Part shown: positions 7,801-15,121 of the stretch, piece by piece
How the letters are laid out: each line of letters begins with the position of its first letter
Position numbering within the stretch: position 1 is the first letter of the stretch
Source: Candidatus Brocadia sp.
Lineage (GTDB): Bacteria > Planctomycetota > Brocadiia > Brocadiales > Brocadiaceae
NCBI GenBank assembly: GCA_021650915.1
Contig: CP091279.1
Location: forward strand, 3,210,001 to 3,242,000
Length of the DNA stretch: 32,000 nt
Direction of reading: 5' to 3'
Translations under genes and position numbers: made by a program
Notes under the pieces: generated by a model
Told to the model about the DNA's origin: nothing
What the model saw: the letters and a program-made list of their open reading frames with translations, nothing else
The model's database searches: none

Positions 7801-9516
7801 TTACAATTTTGACAGCGCTTCAAAGAGGTGTTCAATCTTCGCCCGGACTCCATCAGGTGTGGTCAGGAATGTTTCGCCGCCTTTTCTCAACTTTATTTCA
7901 ATCTCTTTCGTCTCGGTAAATTTCTTACCGATGATAACTTTTACAGGAATGCCAATCAGATCAGCGTCTTTAAATTTCACACCGGGCCGCTGATCCCGGT
8001 CGTCCAGCAACACCTCCATATCCGCACAATTCGTCAGGTCGTCGTAAAGGCGATGCGCCACCTGCATGAGAGCATGATCATTGACGTTGACGGGAATGAT
8101 AATAACCTTGTACGGTGCCAGGGAAAGCGGCCATAGAATCCCATTTTCATCATGCGACCTTTCAATAGCGGATGCAATGATACGGTTAACTCCGATGCCG
8201 TAGCAGCCCATGATCATCGATTTCCCCTTACCGTTGGCGTCCAGGAACTTTGCCTTCAGGGCATCGCTGTATTTCGTGCCAAGTTTAAATACGTGTCCGA
8301 TTTCAATCCCCTGTGAGATAGTGATCTCGTGATCACATCTTTTGCACCGGTCGCCGGTGGTTACATAACGGACATCCGCAACGCGGCTGATCTTAAAATC
8401 GCGCTCGGCATTGACATTGCTTAGGTGCATGTCTGATTTATTAGCGCCGGTAACGAAATTGCGCAGTACGGATACGGCCTGATCCGCTATGATTTCTACA
8501 TTTAGTCCCACGGGGCCTGTAAACCCGACCCGGGCGCCCGTAACCTTTTCTATCGTGGCATGGTCTGCCAGCGCAACCGCATCCTGGCCAAGCGCCTTGG
8601 TTAATTTGGTTTCATTGACCTCATGATCACCGCGCAGGAGGACGGCAATCGGTTGCCCGTTTGCGATATAAATCATGGTTTTGACCATGTGATGAGGTTT
8701 TACCTGTAAAAAGTCACTGACCTCATGGATGGTATGCTTATTGGGTGTCGGAACTTCCTTGAGCGCTTGAAGGGCTTCATGATTTTCCTGCAGAAGCGGG
8801 GCAGGTTCTGCCCGTTCGCGATTGGCGCTGTAACCGCATTTCAGGCATCGGATGAGGACGTCTTCACCTACCGGACTCGGAACCATGAACTCATGGGAAA
8901 CGTCTCCGCCCATAGCGCCCGAGTCTGCCTCAACAACAAGATAGTCGAGGCCACACCGGTCAAAGATGCGACAGTAGGCGTCATACATGGACTTGTAACT
9001 CTTGTTGAGTCCCTCATAATCCAGATCGAAGCTGTAAGCATCTTTCATGATGAATTCCTTGCTGCGCAGGACTCCGAAACGGGGTCTCGTTTCATCCCGG
9101 AATTTGGTTTGAATTTGGTACAGCGTGATGGGGAGTTGCCGGTAGGAGTTGATTTCATTTCTGACAATATCGGTAACAATTTCTTCGTGAGTGGGGCCAA
9201 GGGCGGTGGTTTTGCCATGCCGGTCTTCAAAGGTGATCAGGTCGTCTCCGAACACCTGTAAACGGCCGCTTTCTTCCAGGAGATCCAGCGGTTGCAGCGA
9301 CGGGAGAAATACCTCAACGGCGCCTGCCCGGTTCATCTCTTCGCGCACAATGGCGATAACTTTATTCAGTACCAGGGTTCCCAGCGGCAAATATGCATAG
9401 GCGCCCGCCGTGATCCTCCGGATCAGACCGGCACGGATCATCAGTTTATGGCTCTCGATCTCCGCCTCTGACGGGCTTTCCTTCAGGGTAGGGATGAGTG
9501 TTTGCGACCATTTCAT
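7801..9516 (-). CDS. proS: Prolyl-tRNA synthetase (bacterial type with insertion/editing domain)
   Basis: 571 aa. Begins MKWSQTLIPTLKESPSEAEIESHKLMIRAGLIR and has the class II motifs FRDExRPRFGxLRxxEFxMKDAYSF and GCYGIGVNR. Confidence 0.95.
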   Translation of the reverse strand: MKWSQTLIPTLKESPSEAEIESHKLMIRAGLIRRITAGAYAYLPLGTLVLNKVIAIVREEMNRAGAVEVFLPSLQPLDLLEESGRLQVFGDDLITFEDRHGKTTALGPTHEEIVTDIVRNEINSYRQLPITLYQIQTKFRDETRPRFGVLRSKEFIMKDAYSFDLDYEGLNKSYKSMYDAYCRIFDRCGLDYLVVEADSGAMGGDVSHEFMVPSPVGEDVLIRCLKCGYSANRERAEPAPLLQENHEALQALKEVPTPNKHTIHEVSDFLQVKPHHMVKTMIYIANGQPIAVLLRGDHEVNETKLTKALGQDAVALADHATIEKVTGARVGFTGPVGLNVEIIADQAVSVLRNFVTGANKSDMHLSNVNAERDFKISRVADVRYVTTGDRCKRCDHEITISQGIEIGHVFKLGTKYSDALKAKFLDANGKGKSMIMGCYGIGVNRIIASAIERSHDENGILWPLSLAPYKVIIIPVNVNDHALMQVAHRLYDDLTNCADMEVLLDDRDQRPGVKFKDADLIGIPVKVIIGKKFTETKEIEIKLRKGGETFLTTPDGVRAKIEHLFEALSKL

Positions 9517-9560
9517 CAGTTTCTATTCCTTAAAAATTGTGCGTAATCTGTAAGCCAAAC

Positions 9561-9588
9561 ATTATAATTCTTTCTCTGTGTCTTTCAA
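9561..9588 (-). promoter_or_regulatory. Predicted sigma70-type promoter for proS
   Basis: Reverse strand reads TTGAAA (9588-9583), a 16-nt spacer, then TATAAT (9566-9561), ~45 nt upstream of the proS ATG. This is a sequence prediction only. Confidence 0.5.
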
Positions 9589-9621
9589 GGATTTAATTAG
9601 GCCTTCGGCGATTTTCTCAAT

Positions 9622-9648
9622 GTAGAGCGACGAGCCTCGTCGCTTTAC
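9622..9648. repeat. GC-rich palindrome GTAGAGCGACGAGCCTCGTCGCTTTAC
   Basis: Near-identical core to 7731-7757. It lies between the 172-aa ORF stop and the proS promoter. Confidence 0.7.
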
Positions 9649-9734
9649 ATCGCAACTTTAAAATTCCTTAGCAGCAAAATAAATGTGAGCAGGCATCTCC
9701 GGAGACACTCATGAGGGAGAAATTGTTGAGAGAT

Positions 9735-10253
9735 TTATTGACCACTCAGGAGGTTATATCCCCTCGTGTTTGCAAAACCCAGTTTGAAAATCCTGTCTGC
9801 CAGGGCGTCTTTCGTCAGTTTTTTATTTACCGTGATATTCAGCCTCGCTGATAATTCCACGAGGACGTCTTTTTTGAGTTTTGTGAGTTCTTCAAGGATC
9901 TTCTCCGTAGGCAAATTTTCCAACTGGTTTTGCAAAGTATTTATGTCAACGGCAGCGCCTTTCGTTTTCCCGGGTTTGGTTTTTTTCGGAAGGAGTATCT
10001 CTGCAAGGAGGGGTTTGTCTTTCAGGGTATCAAAAAATGATACCAGGGTATGAATGGCATGTGATACCTGATGTTTTTCTGATGCGTCCGGGAAACGCCC
10101 AATACCTTCCTGCAACACGCCGAGTTCTTTGATAATCTCCGGTATCATTTGACTCATCCGTTGTTTTTCAGCCTCACCAGGGAGGCAGGAGAGGCATTCT
10201 TTTACCCTTGCTAAGGTATCAATCAGATCGAGTTTTTTTGTTCTTTTTGCCAT
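9735..10253 (-). CDS. Hypothetical Lys-rich protein with a HeH/SAP (Rho-N-like) C-terminal motif; putative partner of the upstream ParA-like ATPase
   Basis: 172 aa. It has a basic N-terminus (MAKRTKK), a PKKTKPGKTKGAA linker, and a C-terminal LTKLKKDVLVELSARLNITVNKKLTKDALADRIFKLG. Its ATG is 3 nt after the upstream stop. Confidence 0.75.
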   Translation of the reverse strand: MAKRTKKLDLIDTLARVKECLSCLPGEAEKQRMSQMIPEIIKELGVLQEGIGRFPDASEKHQVSHAIHTLVSFFDTLKDKPLLAEILLPKKTKPGKTKGAAVDINTLQNQLENLPTEKILEELTKLKKDVLVELSARLNITVNKKLTKDALADRIFKLGFANTRGYNLLSGQ

Positions 10254-10256
10254 ACG

Positions 10257-11279
10257 TTACGCGTCATTGACCTTCTCTAAAAATTCCTTTGTTACCTCTT
10301 TGTACTGTCCGGCTACACGCATTGCATTTTCATCGTTCAGCAAAAATACGGGCACTGCCATCGCAGAGGCCTCGGTATAGCCAGCACCCCATGAAATAAA
10401 GCTTTCAAAACATGCATTCCCGTAGTCCTTTCGGAGTCCGGTTATCTTATCCTTATGAGTACTGACGATACTCTGGCCAGCAGTGCGCACCATAGCAAAG
10501 AGTATTCCTTGATGATTGATGCCATGCATTTCTGCATTCGTCAATCGGCATTTGTGATTCATCATATCATGTAATTCCCTGATTTTCCTGATGAGTATAT
10601 TTATTCCAATCGTTGACATATGGTCAGGTATGGTTGTTATGACATAGGCATCACTTGCAGCGAGTGCATTTTGAGTCACCAGATAGAGATTGGGCGGGCA
10701 ATCAATGAGGATGTAATCATAGTTGTCTTTTATCCCGTGAATGGCATTTTTCAGGATATGACGTTGTTCCAGGTAAAAAAGGGCATCCCGCATATCATCA
10801 GAAGTATCAATGCAAAATAATTCCTTTAACCCCTTGATTGTTCTCCTGAGGATTTGAAGCTGCTCCTGATAAAAACCCGACTCTATCTTCCTCCATGTTT
10901 TTGACGCCAATTCAAGGTCAACACCCAATAGATCGATATCAGAGGGGATCAGGTCAAGATTCTTTACGACGTCGTTTGTGGCCTTACCCTCTGTAGATAA
11001 TTCGATCGGGGATTTCCAGATAATATTTTTAATCTGGCAAGGATCAAAACTATCTCTGAAATACGATGCGAAGAGATTTGCAATGGTTCCGTTATCCTTT
11101 TTGAATAATTCCCATCGATGGTACACAGCACACAAAAAAGTCAGATTGGCCTGGGGATCTACATCGATAAGAAGTACCTTTTTGCTGTGGAACAGGGCCA
11201 GGGCGCATCCGATATGATAGGTGGTGGTTGTCTTGCCAACCCCGCCTTTGTAGTTAATAAATGAGACAACCTTTGCCAT
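10257..11279 (-). CDS. ParA/MinD-family P-loop ATPase (orphan; no adjacent parB)
   Basis: 340 aa. Carries the deviant Walker A INYKGGVGKTTT, plus LLIDVDPQANLT and YILIDCPPNLYLVTQNALAASD. AAGGAGGG lies 5 nt upstream of the ATG. Confidence 0.85.
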   Translation of the reverse strand: MAKVVSFINYKGGVGKTTTTYHIGCALALFHSKKVLLIDVDPQANLTFLCAVYHRWELFKKDNGTIANLFASYFRDSFDPCQIKNIIWKSPIELSTEGKATNDVVKNLDLIPSDIDLLGVDLELASKTWRKIESGFYQEQLQILRRTIKGLKELFCIDTSDDMRDALFYLEQRHILKNAIHGIKDNYDYILIDCPPNLYLVTQNALAASDAYVITTIPDHMSTIGINILIRKIRELHDMMNHKCRLTNAEMHGINHQGILFAMVRTAGQSIVSTHKDKITGLRKDYGNACFESFISWGAGYTEASAMAVPVFLLNDENAMRVAGQYKEVTKEFLEKVNDA

Positions 11280-11360
11280 AACCGCACCCTCCTTTATCGA
11301 AGTCTCTTTTCATGGAGCATTCTCAGCATAGCACGTTTTATGATGATGCCTGCGTAAACC

Positions 11361-11480
11361 GCATAGCACAGCACCGCCGCAACCAAAAAAGTTCAACCAC
11401 AAAGAACGCAAAGTTTTACACAAAGATCACAAAGAAAACATTGCAGAAAAAAGAAGTTTTTGTGGAGTAATACTATAAAG
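11361..11480. repeat. Dispersed ~115-120 bp repeat R1, copy A (copy B at 27725-27845, same orientation)
   Basis: ...CCGCAACCAAAAAAGTTCAACCACAAAGAACGCAAAGTTTTACACAAAGATCACAAAGAAAACATTGCAGAAAAAAGAAGTTTTTGTGGAGTAATACTATAAAG. By eye it differs from copy B by a handful of substitutions and two short indels. It contains iterated CACAAAG/CGCAAAG heptamers. Confidence 0.85.
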
Positions 11481-11486
11481 TTTCGG

Positions 11487-12236
11487 TTAACTCTTTTTTT
11501 TCAGTTGACTGGCCACGGCCTGTGTGGCTTGTTTTACCATTTCCGGGTCTCCAAGGTAGTAACTGTGCCGGGGCGTGAGATCATCCTCAAGTTCGTAAAC
11601 GAGCGGAATGCCGGTAGGAATATTAAGTTCAACAATGTCTTTGTCAGAAATTGTGTCCAGATATTTTACCAATGCCCGGAGGCTGTTACCATGGGCGGCG
11701 ATAATCACTTTCTTTCCGGATCGGATCGTTGGCGCAATCACTTCATGCCAGCAGGGAAGAAACCGTTCCACCGTGTCTTTCAGGCATTCCGTAAAGGGGA
11801 TGTGGCCCTTTTTCAATTCCTTGTAACGCTGGTCAAGGGCAGGGCTTCTTGGATCGTTTGGCTCCAGCGCGGGCGGTTGAATATCATAACTCCGTCTCCA
11901 CAGCTTAACCTGCTGTTCTCCGTACTTCTCAGTTGTTTCTGCTTTATTAAGGCCCTGGAGGGCGCCGTAGTGGCGTTCATTCAGCCGCCAGTCCCTCGTT
12001 ACCGGTATCCACATGAGATCCATTTCATCCAGGATGATCCACAGCGTTCGTATCGCCCGCTTGAGCACGGAAGTAAAGGCCATATCAAAGGCATATCCCT
12101 CCGCCTTGAGGGTTTTCCCGGCCTGTCTGGCCTCCTGAACGCCTTTTTCTGAAAGATCAACGTCGGTCCATCCGGTAAATAAATTGTCTCTGTTCCAAAT
12201 GCTTTCGCCGTGTCTCACCAATACAAGTTTATACAT
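11487..12236 (-). CDS. gpmA: 2,3-bisphosphoglycerate-dependent phosphoglycerate mutase
   Basis: 249 aa. Carries [38 protein letters not shown] and [10 protein letters not shown]. Confidence 0.95.
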   Translation of the reverse strand: MYKLVLVRHGESIWNRDNLFTGWTDVDLSEKGVQEARQAGKTLKAEGYAFDMAFTSVLKRAIRTLWIILDEMDLMWIPVTRDWRLNERHYGALQGLNKAETTEKYGEQQVKLWRRSYDIQPPALEPNDPRSPALDQRYKELKKGHIPFTECLKDTVERFLPCWHEVIAPTIRSGKKVIIAAHGNSLRALVKYLDTISDKDIVELNIPTGIPLVYELEDDLTPRHSYYLGDPEMVKQATQAVASQLKKKS

Positions 12237-12318
12237 GGATCGATCCTCGCTCAGTTGTTATTCTGTTTATCGGTAACAGTACGCTATAAGGTTTGGAATG
12301 CAAAAATTCCAAAAACCT

Positions 12319-12346
12319 ATTATACAAAAACCCCGGAAGAGTACAA
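12319..12346 (-). promoter_or_regulatory. Predicted promoter for gpmA
   Basis: Reverse strand reads TTGTAC (12346-12341), a 16-nt spacer, then TATAAT (12324-12319). The IS left end (12355) lies 9 bp upstream of the -35 element. Confidence 0.45.
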
Positions 12347-12354
12347 AAAAATTT

Positions 12355-14215
12355 TATATAGTGTCTGAACGAAAACGCACTTTTTGTAAAAGTGCGAGGT
12401 CGATTTTCTATTTACCAATAGATAATTTTAAGATTTGAGATTAGGGTTTTTGGCAAAAATACTGTTCTTTTACATATTTCCCTTGTTTTCCCCTTTATTT
12501 TAGCCTTGTCTGGGCGTACCTGCCTCCCGGCAGACTGTTTTTCTTCGTGTTTTTTGCTTGCTTAGGCGGCTTTTCGCAACTTTTCGCACTGCTTCCGTGC
12601 CTTCTCCTGCAGCACGTTTCCCAGCTTGTGCAAATTCGCAGCTAACACGCCCATTGCACAATATCTTTTAAAGGCATGCAGCCCTTTGTCCGGACACCTA
12701 TCCAAGCCGTGATGCTCCAAACGATTGATATCCGATTCTACCGCCGAGTGCTTGTGCCTTAGCTTCTTAAATGTCTTACCCGATTCCTCTTCCTGTTCCG
12801 CCTTATTCTTCTTGCCCTTCTTGGGAAGGATTACCTCTGGTATATACAAACTCAGCAACTCTTTATTCTCTTTCTTGTAAAAACCTTTATCAAAACTTAT
12901 ACTCTTTATTGTGCCTTCTCCGTAACGGCTCAACAACCTATCTGCCAATGGAATTACCAACGATACATCCGCCTGTTTTTCTCCTACCACATGGTCCACG
13001 ATGAAACCCCACTGATCGCTTGCTACCAGAATATTATGTCCCAACTCTACCCTTTTGTTTGACTTGCCTTTGTACAGCCACTCCGTATGCGGCTCAAACA
13101 ACGAATGAACCTTTTCTGCCGCCGGTATTACCTCATCCCGGATCACCCTTCTCTCCACCAGGTCTATCTGTTTATTCAACATCCCGTGAAAATACTCCAG
13201 TGTCCCTATTTTCCCTGCATGCTTGTCTACCTGGTTCGTCGTTAGCACCTTTTCGTAGATGGCTAACAGACTCGCTCCTATCTTTTCACTCAAACCCCTC
13301 GATAATTCCAAGTAACTCCTCACATGCTCTTCCTTGTTTTTCCCCCCGCTGCTTGACGCCTTTGCGCTTATCCTCATCAGCTTTTTTAACTCTCTCCTCC
13401 AATATTTGCTCTTGCGCCATCCTTTCCCCGCCAGGATGCCTTCCTCTATTGCATCCTCTATCATGTCCAGACTCTTGCGTCCCGCATCCCACAATAAATT
13501 CATATCGGTCGGAAAGTGTACATTCGTCTCTAACACATACGTATCCACCTTAATACACAGTCCTTCGTCCTTTTTTTTAACCAACTGATGCCCCGATGAT
13601 ATCACCACTTCATTTATCTGCCTGAGGGTCTCCTCATCCAACAATCTTATATTGTCCTTGATGCTCTGCATCGAAAAAACCTTCGCCTCTCCAAATGCCG
13701 TCTCAACCCCCATTATCTGCCTGATAAGTTTGTGATGGTTGGCAAAATCCTCCAACCTGTCATAATCGGCATCTAACCCTAATCTTACCACCGACAACAC
13801 CAAAATATGCCATAAATCCATCCCATATCTTCCCGTCTTTTTCTTCCCCTTCGTTACCTTCGCCTCTAATATCCGGAATACCTCCTCGTTCAACTCCGGT
13901 GTAACATAGATATGTTGCAACGCCCTCAGTATCGGTGGTAGCTCATCTCGACTCTTTATTGGCAGTTTTACCCCTGAAATGGGTATGATGCCAAGCTTCA
14001 ATTGCTGCTCAAATCTCTTTCTCATCTTCTATCGAATGTCCTTTGGCTAGTGGGTTAATGAACCGAATATTTGGACTCTTTATACCCAGAATCCCTTCAT
14101 TTTCGCCATATTTTACCCTTTTACCCGAAAAAATTCAATGACTTTCATGAACATTTTTCACCAGCTTCTCCTTACTTTACAGGGCTCTGGGGGGTTTCCG
14201 TTCAAACACTATATA
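12355..14215 (-). mobile_element. IS element of the IS4/IS5 superfamily (ISNCY-like?), ~1861 bp with imperfect terminal IRs
   Basis: The left end is TATATAGTGTCTGAACGAAAACGC. The reverse complement of the right end is TATATAGTGTTTGAACGGAAACCC (about 21 of 24 matched). It holds a single transposase ORF. No clear target-site duplication is seen, because the TATATA ends make it ambiguous. Confidence 0.75.
12562..14025 (-). CDS. DDE transposase (IS4/IS5-superfamily; family assignment tentative)
   Basis: 487 aa. It has an N-terminal MRKRFEQQLKLGIIPISGVKLPIKSRDELPPILRAL and the motifs VDTYVLETNVHFPTDMNLLWD and SFDKGFY. It lies between the IRs above. Confidence 0.85.
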   Translation of the reverse strand: MRKRFEQQLKLGIIPISGVKLPIKSRDELPPILRALQHIYVTPELNEEVFRILEAKVTKGKKKTGRYGMDLWHILVLSVVRLGLDADYDRLEDFANHHKLIRQIMGVETAFGEAKVFSMQSIKDNIRLLDEETLRQINEVVISSGHQLVKKKDEGLCIKVDTYVLETNVHFPTDMNLLWDAGRKSLDMIEDAIEEGILAGKGWRKSKYWRRELKKLMRISAKASSSGGKNKEEHVRSYLELSRGLSEKIGASLLAIYEKVLTTNQVDKHAGKIGTLEYFHGMLNKQIDLVERRVIRDEVIPAAEKVHSLFEPHTEWLYKGKSNKRVELGHNILVASDQWGFIVDHVVGEKQADVSLVIPLADRLLSRYGEGTIKSISFDKGFYKKENKELLSLYIPEVILPKKGKKNKAEQEEESGKTFKKLRHKHSAVESDINRLEHHGLDRCPDKGLHAFKRYCAMGVLAANLHKLGNVLQEKARKQCEKLRKAA

Positions 14216-14392
14216 GATCCGGGGAATCTGCCCGTCGGAAGGAATGCCACGTATCCTTAAGTATTGCCAGTGGGTGTTTCGGGTAGGACATTACCCATCT
14301 TTTGTTAAACGGCCAGACACGGACACTCTGGTTTTAAGATCATCAATGGTATCTATGGAAATAACCGGTGTTTATAATTTGTTCCTTGAGGC

Positions 14393-14421
14393 TTGACAAG
14401 AAAAATACCGCTCAGTATAAT
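14393..14421 (+). promoter_or_regulatory. Perfect consensus sigma70 promoter (TTGACA-17-TATAAT)
   Basis: TTGACA at 14393-14398, an exact 17-nt spacer, and TATAAT at 14416-14421. It lies ~185 nt upstream of ATG 14606. Confidence 0.6.
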
Positions 14422-14605
14422 GCTTTTCCGCTGGTTTGTTTAAGGAGGCCTATAAAGATCAACTATTTTCTATAGCGTTATTGTGTCAATAAGATAACGT
14501 TGCAGGGTCACAATCAGGGCTTCTTTAGAAAAAAGGGCGAAGGATGTTGTGAGGAACTTGCTAAAAGAGAAGATTTTACAAGGTAATGCTATAAGGAGTG
14601 CTTAT

Positions 14606-14941
14606 ATGAGAGTAGAAGTAGAATTGCCAGAAGTAGGAGGAAATAACGGCGACGAAGCAACCGTTTCTTTTTGGTATGTCGAGGAGGATGAAGAGGTTGA
14701 AGAGGGTGAAGACCTCGTTGAGATGATTACAGAAAAAACTACTTTTAATGTTCCAGCCCCTGTGTCCGGCAGATTGTTGGAAATTCTTGCACAGGAAGGC
14801 GATGTCGTGAAGGTAGGTGATATTATGGCGATCCTCGAAACTGAGGAAGATGAAGATGAAGATGAAGAGGAAGAGGATGAGGATGAGGATGAGGATGAGG
14901 ATGAGGGTGATGAAGACGACAATGAAGATGATGATGAGTAG
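14606..14941 (+). CDS. Stand-alone biotinyl/lipoyl-attachment-like domain protein with a poly-Asp/Glu C-terminal tail
   Basis: AAGGAG lies 7 nt upstream of ATG 14606; the track start at 14549 is an upstream GTG. MRVEVELPEVG...ATVSFWYVEEDEEVEEGEDLVEMITEKTTFNVPAPVSGRLLEILAQEGDVVKVGDIMAILE follows the lipoyl-domain pattern, with a candidate modified Lys in the EK-T turn. A 32-residue tail follows, 30 of 32 residues Asp/Glu. Confidence 0.75.
   Translation: MRVEVELPEVGGNNGDEATVSFWYVEEDEEVEEGEDLVEMITEKTTFNVPAPVSGRLLEILAQEGDVVKVGDIMAILETEEDEDEDEEEEDEDEDEDEDEGDEDDNEDDDE
14843..14938 (+). repeat. GAK/GAR trinucleotide tract encoding the acidic tail
   Basis: GAGGAAGATGAAGATGAAGATGAAGAGGAAGAGGATGAGGATGAGGATGAGGATGAGGATGAG..., a purine-rich 3-nt periodic tract that includes (GATGAG)x5. 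Confidence 0.9.
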
Positions 14942-15121
14942 AATGCCGAACGAAGAGCGAAGATACCATTCTTGTTATTTTTATCCACGTCACCTATAAC
15001 TGCAAATAAATTATTTCCCCCTTCATCCTCCTGTGCCCAGATGGATGAAGGGCGGACAAGACGTTTCCAAAGTCTATAGACGGATCACCGATCACTCATT
15101 TGACGTAAGGCTGAATTATTC

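Noticed and set aside
1275-9648. Whether the recurring GC-rich palindromes are a CRISPR array.
   Set aside because: The copies are kilobases apart, separated by genes, differ in sequence, and have no regular repeat-spacer periodicity. No cas genes are present in the window.
9517-9734. A T-box, riboswitch or attenuator leader upstream of proS (and similarly upstream of serS, 17563-17731).
   Set aside because: The predicted proS 5' UTR is only ~40 nt. I could not recognise specifier, T-box or terminator-antiterminator features in either region. The triple ATTCGTNA motif near 17610-17635 is too short to interpret.
11460-12152. Long antisense ORFs inside well-supported genes: 11460-12152(+) in gpmA, 13020-13553(+) in the transposase, 25409-26185(+) and 24587-25141(+) in the HEAT gene, 8725-9261(+) in proS, and 5302-5939(+) in hisD.
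   Set aside because: The opposite strand carries clear family motifs over its full length. These ORFs have no SD sequences and their composition is low-complexity or Ser/Arg/Cys-rich, as is typical of shadow frames.
14602-14988. 128-aa poly-Ser ORF on the - strand.
   Set aside because: It is the mirror image of the GAK/GAR acidic-tail tract. It lacks an RBS and overlaps the much better supported + strand gene, which has a strong SD sequence.
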